Positions 1 to 5,186 of a stretch of 13,226 nucleotides of DNA are shown in pieces. Position 1 is the stretch's first letter, and every line of letters begins with the position of its first letter. The position numbers and the translations under genes are program-made. The DNA comes from an uncultured archaeon (GTDB taxonomy: Archaea > Iainarchaeota > Iainarchaeia > Iainarchaeales > DATDZZ01), in assembly GCA_964373795.1 (NCBI GenBank), contig CAYJVY010000005.1, positions 1 through 13,226 on the forward strand, written 5' to 3'. Below the pieces are notes generated by a model that was not told the origin of the DNA, searched no databases, and saw nothing but the letters and a program-made list of their open reading frames with translations.

Positions 1-75
1 CTTTTTTCCAGCTCTCTCAGATTCCTCTACTTCTCCAACCATGTACTTTCCAATCGAAATTGGCTCTAGCTTCAT
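1..75 (-). CDS. 5' end (25 codons) of an unidentified CDS continuing beyond the left edge
   Basis: The reverse complement of 1-75 reads MKLEPISIGKYMVGEVEESERAGKK with no stop before the edge. There is a second in-frame ATG at 42-40. The fragment is too short to name or to be sure it is coding. Confidence 0.25.
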   Translation of the reverse strand, partial: MKLEPISIGKYMVGEVEESERAGKK

Positions 76-102
76 AAAACCACTTTTTAATACTTTTTTC
101 AA

Positions 103-232
103 CCACGCCAGCTGCGACGTCTCGTGCGTCGAGCACGAGAGGTCACGTGACCCTTCAGCTGCCGTCCCGCGCGGCAAGCGCGATGCCCACGTCGGCCCTC
201 AGCCACGCCGGCTGAACGGCGAGCGAACCGCG
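103..232. ncRNA. GC-rich structured island; candidate small structured RNA or cis-regulatory leader, class and strand unknown
   Basis: 130 nt at about 72% G+C (94/130 by hand count), in DNA that is otherwise about 30% G+C. Stem-loops: 121-127/133-139 (CTCGTGC gtcga GCACGAG); 141-152 (GGTCACGTGACC, perfect 12-nt palindrome); 168-172/178-182 (CGCGC ggcaa GCGCG); 199-204/210-215 (TCAGCC acgcc GGCTGA). A possible closing helix is 115-120/189-194 (CGACGT/ACGTCG). CAGCTG occurs at 109-114 and 156-161. An imperfect 12-nt direct repeat CCACGCC[A/G]GCTG occurs at 103-114 and 203-214. The island lies in a divergent spacer with TATA-like boxes on both sides (84-92 on +, 250-241 on -). Confidence 0.35.
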
Positions 233-283
233 ATAATTAGTTATAAAAAGGCAGAACTACTTAATTAAATTTGCGGCTTTAAA

Positions 284-844
284 ATGAATTCATTAAACAG
301 GGTTGAAAAAATAATTCAAGCAATAAAATTTCTAGCAATTTTTTTACTCATTTTTACAGTATTATATTCTTCAATTAATTTTTACTTAATTTCAGTGGAA
401 TTAATTTATTCAAATACCTCTGCATCCATTTTAGAGTTACTTGGATTTAAAGGAAGCATTACAGTAAAAGAATCTTTAAACTCTGTGTGGATTGTTTTTC
501 CTTCAATCATAATTCAAATAAGTTTTTTATGCTCAGGATTAATTGAATTATTTGTATTAATTTCAGCTGTTCTAGCTTCAATTAATACAAAATTGGAGAA
601 AAGAGTTATTGGGGTTTTATGGAGCCTGCCAACAATATTTGTTTTCAATAATGCAAGAATTGTTATTACTAGTTTGATTTTATTTAATTCTTCTCTTGAA
701 TTCGCGGACTTAGCTCACAATTTTTTATTCAGGGCTTCCCTGCTAATAGTAATTGTAGGGTTTTATTGGATTTGGTTTTATTGGGCTGAAAAAGGCAGTC
801 TACCACTTATTTCAAAGGAATACAAACTTAATGAAAAAAATTGA
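284..844 (+). CDS. Archaeosortase/exosortase-family integral membrane transpeptidase (minimal, 186 aa)
   Basis: ATG-to-TGA ORF with four to five hydrophobic helices. The family's ordered signature residues are present in membrane-embedded contexts: Cys83 in ISFLCSGLIELF, Arg125 in FVFNNARIVITS, His145 in ADLAHNFLFR. This matches the Cys/Arg/His arrangement described for EpsH/ArtA-type sortases. Confidence 0.75.
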   Translation: MNSLNRVEKIIQAIKFLAIFLLIFTVLYSSINFYLISVELIYSNTSASILELLGFKGSITVKESLNSVWIVFPSIIIQISFLCSGLIELFVLISAVLASINTKLEKRVIGVLWSLPTIFVFNNARIVITSLILFNSSLEFADLAHNFLFRASLLIVIVGFYWIWFYWAEKGSLPLISKEYKLNEKN

Positions 845-906
845 CAAAATATTCGTCGGAAAAAAGGTTTGCAAAGCTTGTTAAATTGTTTTTCAGAAAT
901 TTTTTT

Positions 907-1518
907 ATGAATTTAAAGTTTTCAAAAAACAAAATAATATTCAAAAAATCTTTAACAGATCTAGATAAACTTGTTTTACGTTTCGTGAAAATCCTTGAAA
1001 AACTAAAAATAAATTATGTAATAATTTCTGGATATGTTGTAATTCTTTTTGGGAGAAGTAGAAATACTGAAGACATAGATTTATTTGTTGAAGAAATGCC
1101 TTTCAAAAAATTTGCAAGTTTTTGGACAGAGTTGGAAAAAGCAGGATTTGAATGCATTAATGCTTTTACTGTAGAAGAAGCATACACTGATTTTTTACAA
1201 CAAAAACTTGCAATAAGATTTGCAGAAAAAGGTTTTTTTGAACCAAACTTTGAAATAAAATTTCCACAAAATAAATGGAATTATTATAGTTTATTTCACA
1301 TAGTAAAAGTATTTTTAGAAGAAGAGGAAAAACTAAATACTTCAGAGATTGAGTTACAGATTGCATTTAAACTGTTTCTTGGCTCAGAAAAAGACTTTGA
1401 AGATGCCAGACACTTGTACAAATTTTTTCAGGAAAACTTAAATATGTCTTTACTTAAAAATCATATAAAGGAACTAAATGTTGAAAAAGAGGCTAAGGCG
1501 GTTTTATGGAAGAACTAA
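907..1518 (+). CDS. Pol-beta-superfamily nucleotidyltransferase-fold protein (MNT/AbiEii-like), 203 aa
   Basis: Contains the minimal NTase motif hG[GS]-x(9-13)-DhDh as IISGYVVILFGRSRNTEDIDLFV (Ser41-Gly42, Asp56, Asp58 counted from Met at 907). The C-terminal segment SEIELQIAFKLFLGSEKDFEDARHLY resembles the K...R.KD..D helix seen in AbiEii/DUF-type NTases. The supplied track starts at TTG 841, overlapping the upstream stop. I prefer the first ATG at 907, but the start is uncertain. Confidence 0.7.
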   Translation: MNLKFSKNKIIFKKSLTDLDKLVLRFVKILEKLKINYVIISGYVVILFGRSRNTEDIDLFVEEMPFKKFASFWTELEKAGFECINAFTVEEAYTDFLQQKLAIRFAEKGFFEPNFEIKFPQNKWNYYSLFHIVKVFLEEEEKLNTSEIELQIAFKLFLGSEKDFEDARHLYKFFQENLNMSLLKNHIKELNVEKEAKAVLWKN

Positions 1519-1670
1519 AACTAACTAAAAAAGACTTAAAAGAATTAAAAGAAGAGATGAAAAGAAACAAACAGCAAAGAATGGAATTCATTGATGCATA
1601 CGTTGAATGGTTGAAAAAAACTCCAAACAAGGTATGGAGTAAACAACAAGCAAAATATGCAAACAAATAA
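1506..1670 (+). CDS. Small (54 aa) charged helical protein, translationally coupled to the nucleotidyltransferase; function unknown
   Basis: Not in the supplied ORF track because it is below the length cutoff. ATG at 1506 overlaps the NTase stop (TAA 1516-1518) by 13 nt; stop TAA at 1668-1670. Translation: MEELKLTKKDLKELKEEMKRNKQQRMEFIDAYVEWLKKTPNKVWSKQQAKYANK. The non-repetitive C-terminal half (FIDAYVEWLKK..VWSKQQ) looks protein-like. The 69-aa antisense ORF at 1493-1702 is low complexity. Confidence 0.45.
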   Translation: MEELKLTKKDLKELKEEMKRNKQQRMEFIDAYVEWLKKTPNKVWSKQQAKYANK

Positions 1671-1700
1671 TTGTTGGATAAGTTACTCAACACTTGCTGC

Positions 1701-1712
1701 AAAAAAAATTTT
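1701..1712. terminator. A8T4 tract between convergent genes; oligo-T terminator candidate (T8 on the minus strand, T4 on the plus strand)
   Basis: aaaaaaaatttt lies in the 53-nt spacer between the stop at 1670 (+) and the PIN stop at 1724 (-). Read on the minus strand it is a T8 run 16 nt after the PIN stop codon, as in archaeal oligo-T termination. Confidence 0.3.
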
Positions 1713-1723
1713 ACTCATTTCAA

Positions 1724-2128
1724 TTAATCAATTAAGTCTATTACTTCTTCTGTTGAAAATATAAAAACCTTGTTTTGTTTTTTTAAGTTTTTTTCGTTTG
1801 ACCAAATGCTGGAAGACATTTTTAATGCAAGTGCAAAAAAGTCTACATCATTTTGATCAGAAGTTATTTTCACTGCTTCTTGCAAAAAATCCTTATATTC
1901 GTCTAATGAAATGAACTCTACAATTGTTGCTAATTCTTTCCTTAAATCATTAAATTCTTTTCTTGAAAGCTTTGCTTTTTTTATTATTTCTTTTTCATAT
2001 TTCTTTATTTCTTCCAAAGAAAACTCTGCAGAAATGAGTTCAAGTTCTTGTTTTACAAATAGATTTCTAGTTGTTCCACGCTTCCAAAAAAAAGTAAACA
2101 AAACATTGCTGTCCACAACTAGTTTCAT
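1724..2128 (-). CDS. PIN-domain ribonuclease, VapC-like toxin (134 aa)
   Basis: N-terminal MKLVVDSNVL carries the first PIN acidic residue, Asp6. Also present are ISAEFSLEE, DVDFFALAL (Asp94/Asp96 followed by a small-residue helix) and IWSNEKNL, the position of the last acidic residue, here Glu112 rather than Asp. There is a 4-nt ATGA start/stop overlap with the upstream small gene, the classic toxin-antitoxin layout. Confidence 0.85.
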   Translation of the reverse strand: MKLVVDSNVLFTFFWKRGTTRNLFVKQELELISAEFSLEEIKKYEKEIIKKAKLSRKEFNDLRKELATIVEFISLDEYKDFLQEAVKITSDQNDVDFFALALKMSSSIWSNEKNLKKQNKVFIFSTEEVIDLID

Positions 2129-2367
2129 ATCAAGCCCTTGCTTTTCAATGCTTCAAATCTTCCTTGTTTTGTTATTCTATTAAGTCCAACTGACCATTCA
2201 ACAACTTCTTTTTCTTTTTTTAGTTTTTCACGCATTTCAGTCTTCCAGTTAAGTTCTTTGGTTTTTTCAATAAGGCATTTCCTAATAAAACCCGACCAAT
2301 TAACTTCATCAAATTCAGCCATTTTCTTTTTTACTTCCTCAGGCACAGACAAGGTAATACTAACCAT
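2125..2367 (-). CDS. Ribbon-helix-helix (CopG/VapB-like) antitoxin candidate (80 aa)
   Basis: MVSITLSVPEEVKKKMAEFDEVNWSGFIRKCLIEKTKEL fits a beta-strand/helix/helix RHH pattern and is followed by a charged tail. GGAGGT lies 6 nt upstream of the ATG (2379-2374 on the minus strand). The stop overlaps the PIN start (ATGA). Confidence 0.75.
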   Translation of the reverse strand: MVSITLSVPEEVKKKMAEFDEVNWSGFIRKCLIEKTKELNWKTEMREKLKKEKEVVEWSVGLNRITKQGRFEALKSKGLI

Positions 2368-2391
2368 TTCTAAACCTCCAACATGTGTAAA

Positions 2392-2405
2392 AACATAATT
2401 ATGTT
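2392..2405 (-). promoter_or_regulatory. Perfect 14-bp palindrome AACATAATTATGTT; candidate autoregulatory operator of the RHH/PIN operon
   Basis: Read directly from the sequence. It lies 25-38 nt upstream of the RHH start codon, between the TATA-like box (2409-2420) and the Shine-Dalgarno sequence. RHH antitoxins bind inverted repeats in their own promoters. Confidence 0.4.
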
Positions 2406-2408
2406 AAA

Positions 2409-2420
2409 ATATTTAAATAT
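2409..2420 (-). promoter_or_regulatory. TATA-like box (ATATTTAAATAT) for the RHH/PIN operon
   Basis: A/T palindrome 42-53 nt upstream of the ATG at 2367. A transcription start about 25 nt downstream would leave a short leader containing GGAGGT. Confidence 0.3.
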
Positions 2421-2466
2421 ATTGTTTGATCTTGCTGCAACTATTATGAAAAACACCAGACAATTT

Positions 2467-2664
2467 TCAAACTTTTTTGAGTTCTCTAGCTAAGTGGCTT
2501 TTACTTTTGAATAAAATAGTTTTCATTCCAAGTTTTTTCGCAGGGAAAAGATTTTTTTCTTGATCATCAATGTAAACAAGTTTCTTAGGATTTAAATGAA
2601 ATTTTTTCACAAATTTTTCATAAATCTTTTTTTCGTAATCGTTTAGGTTTGTGTGTTCAGTTTT
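2467..2664 (-). pseudogene. C-terminal fragment of a HAD-superfamily hydrolase (65 codons, no start codon, no motif I/II)
   Basis: The minus-strand frame between TAG (2667-2665) and TGA (2469-2467) reads KTEHTNLNDYEKKIYEKFVKKFHLNPKKLVYIDDQEKNLFPAKKLGMKTILFKSKSHLARELKKV. This matches the HAD C-terminal pattern K(P)..iY...l..l.v.P...vfIDD...N...A..lGm..i.f (motifs III/IV). The frame has a stop just upstream and no N-terminal DxD/DxxGV motif. Confidence 0.55.
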
Positions 2665-2893
2665 CTAATTCGAAAATCTCTAATACTATTTTTTCTTTTG
2701 TTTGTACATGCCTTTTATTTCAGATGAAGAATTAAATGCTTTACCACATAAATTGAATGTTTTGGAGAAATATGATTTTGGACTTCAAAATATTGCTGGA
2801 AGAATAGTATTAGGGCGTTTAGTTAGTTGTTTACCTGCTTTTCACAAGGAAAGGAAAACCCAGCCAAGAACAAGAATCATTGGAAGAAAGTGT

Positions 2894-4678
2894 TTAATTT
2901 GCAATTTGGTCATTTAGTATTTCAAGTTTGAAAATTTTTTCATCCTGCCAATTTTCATTAGTTCTTTGCGTTGCCCATAAATATCCATTAAAATTGTTAT
3001 TACCCGGCTCCCATTCCAAATCCCAAGTTCCTTCACTTGCTGCATAAATTTTTCCAACAACTTTTCCATCCCTTGATAATTTGCATATCATGTTTCCGCA
3101 AGGCACCCAAAAATTCTTGCCATCCCAGGCAATTCCTCCCCCGCCTTCCTGCAAGGTTATTTCCCGTAAAAGTTTTCCTTCAGTAGTCATTTCATAAACA
3201 ATATTAGTAGTCCATCCCATTATCAAAAGATTTTTTCCATTCCATGCAAGACCTTTTGCACCTCTTTCTTGGTCAGGGTTTTTGAAAGAAAACAATTCTT
3301 TTCCAGTTTCCGGATCTAAAGAGTATGTTCTTTTTTCAGCAAAATCCGTTATCCATAAATTTTTTCCATCAAAAGCCATTCCCCAAGGCTGTGCACTCGG
3401 AGCCTGGAATTCCTTCAATATTTTCCCAGAATCTTGGTCAATTTTATGGATGTCTCCTGAAACCCCAGAAACCCAAACATTTTTCCCTTCCAAAGCAATG
3501 CTCCAAGTAAGCCCCAAGCCTTTTCCAAACTTTTTTACAACACTTCTTGTTTCATCATCAGGATAAACATACAAATATTTGTCTTTTTTCTGGTCTCCAG
3601 GAGTATAATTCAAATCAAATTTTTTGGCATCAGAAAAACCAAAATCAATTTTTTCAATTCCTTTTCCTTCAAAGCCTTCAGGCAGAAATTTTTCAGGGCA
3701 GTTTGTTTTTTCATTAACTGCAACAAACTTGTTTTCACTTCCTAGCAATTTATTTTCTCCTTCTCCGCATTGCAATCCAAAAAGCCAATTATTTTCCAAA
3801 TAATTGCTGTTTGCAGTGACTTCTGCAGTGTTATCCAAAGATAAACCTGAAGCATGATTTTCGCGCAGAATATTGTTTTCAACCAAAGCCTTTGTTGCAT
3901 CAACATGAATTCCATGAGTTCCAGATTTTTCAAACAAATTATTCCTTATCACTGCATCATTGAACTGCTCTAAAGCAATTCCATTATACCCGTTCTGGTA
4001 AACCATATTGAATTCAATCAAAGGCGTAGAATAAGATTCAGCATACAAACCTTCCCAGTTGTTCCATCTTATAATTGAGTGGTTAATTTTTGCATCAGAT
4101 TTCCACAAATTCACTCCTTGCTGGCCGAACTCTATAACAACATAACTAATCTGGCTGCCAGTTTTTCCAAACAATCTTATCATTCCCCAGTCACCATTCT
4201 GCGGTTCATTTGCATCAGAAGTGAAAAATATCTGTTTTTCAGGAGAACCAATTGCCTTCAAAGTTCCTTCAACAAACAAACTAGTTTTTCCTTGTTTTTT
4301 GTAATCTCTGTTATGCTTGAATTTTACAATAGTTCCTGGAAGAATTGTCAAAGTAACTCCTTCTAGAACCTCTAAAGAATCAGTTATAAAAATTTCTCCA
4401 CTCCATGTTTCATTTTTCTCGAGCCTTCCAAATTTTTCATTGTTTGTTGTCGTTTCTTCTGGCATTTCTGGATTTTCAGGCATTGTCTTATTTCCAGTTT
4501 CTGGAATTATTACATCTGTGTTTTTGTCAATTTCGTTAGAAGGATTCTGCACATTATAAAAATTATTTTCCGGAACCTTATTTTTATCTACAATATTTTC
4601 ATTTACAGGCTTATTTGAAACCTGCACGCAGCCAGAGAGAAATACTAAAACCAAAATAGCAATAAGAATTCTTTTCAT
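2894..4678 (-). CDS. Secreted lipoprotein with a right-handed parallel beta-helix (PbH1/NosD-like) domain and a C-terminal beta-propeller (594 aa)
   Basis: GGAG lies 3 nt upstream of the ATG. The N-terminus MKRILIAILVLVFLSGC has a K/R n-region, a hydrophobic core and the lipobox L-S-G-C (Cys17), followed by an N/E/P-rich linker. Residues about 95-320 carry PbH1-type repeats (TLTILPGTIVKF, NHSIIRWNNWEGLY, NMVYQNGYNGIAL, AVIRNNLFEKSGTHGIHV, ALVENNILRENHASGLSL, ANSNYLENNWLFGL). Residues about 385-580 carry blades spaced about 40 aa apart: IALEGKNVWV (394-403), MAFDGKNLWI (434-443), LAWNGKNLLI (477-486), IAWDGKNFWV (516-525) and a degenerate NFNGYLWAT. Confidence 0.9.
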   Translation of the reverse strand: MKRILIAILVLVFLSGCVQVSNKPVNENIVDKNKVPENNFYNVQNPSNEIDKNTDVIIPETGNKTMPENPEMPEETTTNNEKFGRLEKNETWSGEIFITDSLEVLEGVTLTILPGTIVKFKHNRDYKKQGKTSLFVEGTLKAIGSPEKQIFFTSDANEPQNGDWGMIRLFGKTGSQISYVVIEFGQQGVNLWKSDAKINHSIIRWNNWEGLYAESYSTPLIEFNMVYQNGYNGIALEQFNDAVIRNNLFEKSGTHGIHVDATKALVENNILRENHASGLSLDNTAEVTANSNYLENNWLFGLQCGEGENKLLGSENKFVAVNEKTNCPEKFLPEGFEGKGIEKIDFGFSDAKKFDLNYTPGDQKKDKYLYVYPDDETRSVVKKFGKGLGLTWSIALEGKNVWVSGVSGDIHKIDQDSGKILKEFQAPSAQPWGMAFDGKNLWITDFAEKRTYSLDPETGKELFSFKNPDQERGAKGLAWNGKNLLIMGWTTNIVYEMTTEGKLLREITLQEGGGGIAWDGKNFWVPCGNMICKLSRDGKVVGKIYAASEGTWDLEWEPGNNNFNGYLWATQRTNENWQDEKIFKLEILNDQIAN

Positions 4679-4759
4679 AGCTCCAATATGAAATTCAGAA
4701 ATAAATACTTTTCCATGGCTTCGAGTAATGTTTCAAAAAGTGCCGAAGCATTCTCTGTT

Positions 4760-4954
4760 ATGGCTTATAAGTTTTTAGAAGAATAAGTTTTTAGAAGACT
4801 GGCAACAGCAGACATTGCTTTTGAGGTTTCTGCAAACAATTTACAGAAGTTGTTTGAGGATTCTTCCAGTGCAAGACAGTCAAACCAAAAATTCAAAAAA
4901 ATTTTCATGCAGGTAGAAACTCCTGAAAAACTTTTGCACGATTTTTTATCCTGA
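4760..4954 (+). pseudogene. N-terminal fragment of an archease gene, interrupted by an in-frame stop and truncated
   Basis: The frame reads MAYKFLEE*VFRRLATADIAFEVSANNLQKLFEDSSSARQSNQKFKKIFMQVETPEKLLHDFLS*. YKFLE..TADIAFEV....L.KLFED and VE....LL.DFL match the archease N-terminal consensus ([FY]E.[LF][DE]HTAD[IA].......LEE.FE.....VEVE....LL..FL.E). TAA at 4784-4786 lies inside the second copy of a 16-nt tandem duplication. Only about 60 of the about 140 aa expected are present. Confidence 0.5.
4767..4798. repeat. Perfect 16-nt tandem duplication (ATAAGTTTTTAGAAGA x2)
   Basis: Read directly: 4767-4782 is identical to 4783-4798. In copy 1 the ATAAG is read as (T)AT AAG (Tyr-Lys). In copy 2 it is shifted by 16 nt and read as TAA, a stop. 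Confidence 0.95.
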
Positions 4955-5033
4955 AATTTACTGCTATTTTTAAGCCATTATTGAATAATACTCCGCTTAA
5001 ATCAAAAACAAGAATTTTTCTAAAAACAGGCAT
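4905..5033 (-). pseudogene. N-terminal fragment of a HAD-superfamily hydrolase (42 codons, then stop)
   Basis: The minus strand from ATG at 5033 reads MPVFRKILVFDLSGVLFNNGLKIAVNFRIKNRAKVFQEFLPA*. ILVFDLSGVLF is HAD motif I (hhhhDxxGVL) at the usual distance from the N-terminus. Stop is at 4907-4905. The last about 17 codons are antisense to the archease fragment, so probably only about 25 codons are HAD-derived. Confidence 0.5.
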
Positions 5034-5107
5034 TACAAAATATAGTTTAGCAATAATAAAAAACTATTTATCAAACTGCAAGATTTTGTAACCCAACTTT
5101 TAAATAC

Positions 5108-5140
5108 TTGAATAGTTTTACTTTAATATATATAAATATA
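5108..5140 (+). promoter_or_regulatory. A/T-rich promoter-like region upstream of the giant gene
   Basis: TTTAATATATATAAATATA (5122-5140) is TATA-box-like, 40-65 nt upstream of the candidate starts. It can also be read bacterial-style as TTGAAT (5108-5113), a 17-nt spacer and TATAAA (5131-5136). GGAG at 5177-5180 would serve the ATG at 5187. Confidence 0.3.
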
Positions 5141-5186
5141 GAAGAAGAAAAGATATGTAGGATTAAGCTTTTTTGTGGAGATGTTA

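Noticed and set aside
103-232. GC island as a tRNA (including intron-containing or split), 5S rRNA, SRP RNA, C/D-box sRNA or fluoride riboswitch
   Set aside because: No GTTCRANYC T-loop on either strand; the closest match, GGTTCGCTC, lacks the invariant A58. There is no 7-bp acceptor pairing of the ends, and no 5S loop motifs (CCGAAC...GAAGTTAAGC). There is no GGAA/AGCA helix-8 motif, no RUGAUGA/CUGA box pair, and only superficial similarity to the crcB motif. This was done by eye only, so a covariance-model scan is still required.
41-268. 75-aa plus-strand ORF from the track
   Set aside because: Its R/P/A/G-rich middle (HERSRDPSAAVPRGKRDAHVGPQPRRLNG) is simply the translation of the GC-rich island, and the ends are ordinary AT-rich spacer. 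There is no RBS, and the composition is unlike every credible protein in the window.
1166-2398. ORFs 1166-1366 (-), 1493-1702 (-), 1911-2183 (+), 2138-2398 (+)
   Set aside because: These are antisense to the NTase, the small coupled ORF, the PIN gene and the RHH gene respectively. Their products are low complexity, and the sense-strand genes carry family motifs.
2702-2917. 71-aa plus-strand ORF (TTG start in the track; MPFISDEELNALPHKLNV...) in the spacer after the lipoprotein gene
   Set aside because: There is no RBS and no recognisable motif. It overlaps the 3' end of the 594-aa gene by 24 nt in convergent orientation and lies in a region that otherwise looks like gene debris. It could be another remnant, but I cannot support it as a gene.
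3282-4559. ORFs 3282-3566, 3325-3510, 4079-4366 and 4317-4559 (+), and 3742-3933 (-, alternate frame), within the 594-aa gene
   Set aside because: They are antisense or out-of-frame shadows of a gene with clear signal peptide and repeat structure. Their translations are F/S/L-rich with no recognisable motifs.
4690-4905. Continuation of the HAD N-terminal fragment on the minus strand (e.g. MKIFLNFWFDCLALEESSNNFCKLFAETSKAMSAVAS)
   Set aside because: I first read this as a frameshifted HAD cap region. The plus-strand reading of the same bases gives a much better match to the archease N-terminal consensus (TADIAFEV...LQKLFED...LLHDFL). I therefore treat the minus-strand reading as an antisense artefact.
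4955-5100. Possible frameshifted archease C-terminus after the TGA at 4952-4954 (+2 frame: ...KTGITKYSLAIIKNY, vaguely like the KAITYH motif)
   Set aside because: The similarity rests on three or four residues, and the segment is too short for the missing 75 aa. The opposite strand gives a start-codon-anchored HAD motif I, which is the better explanation.
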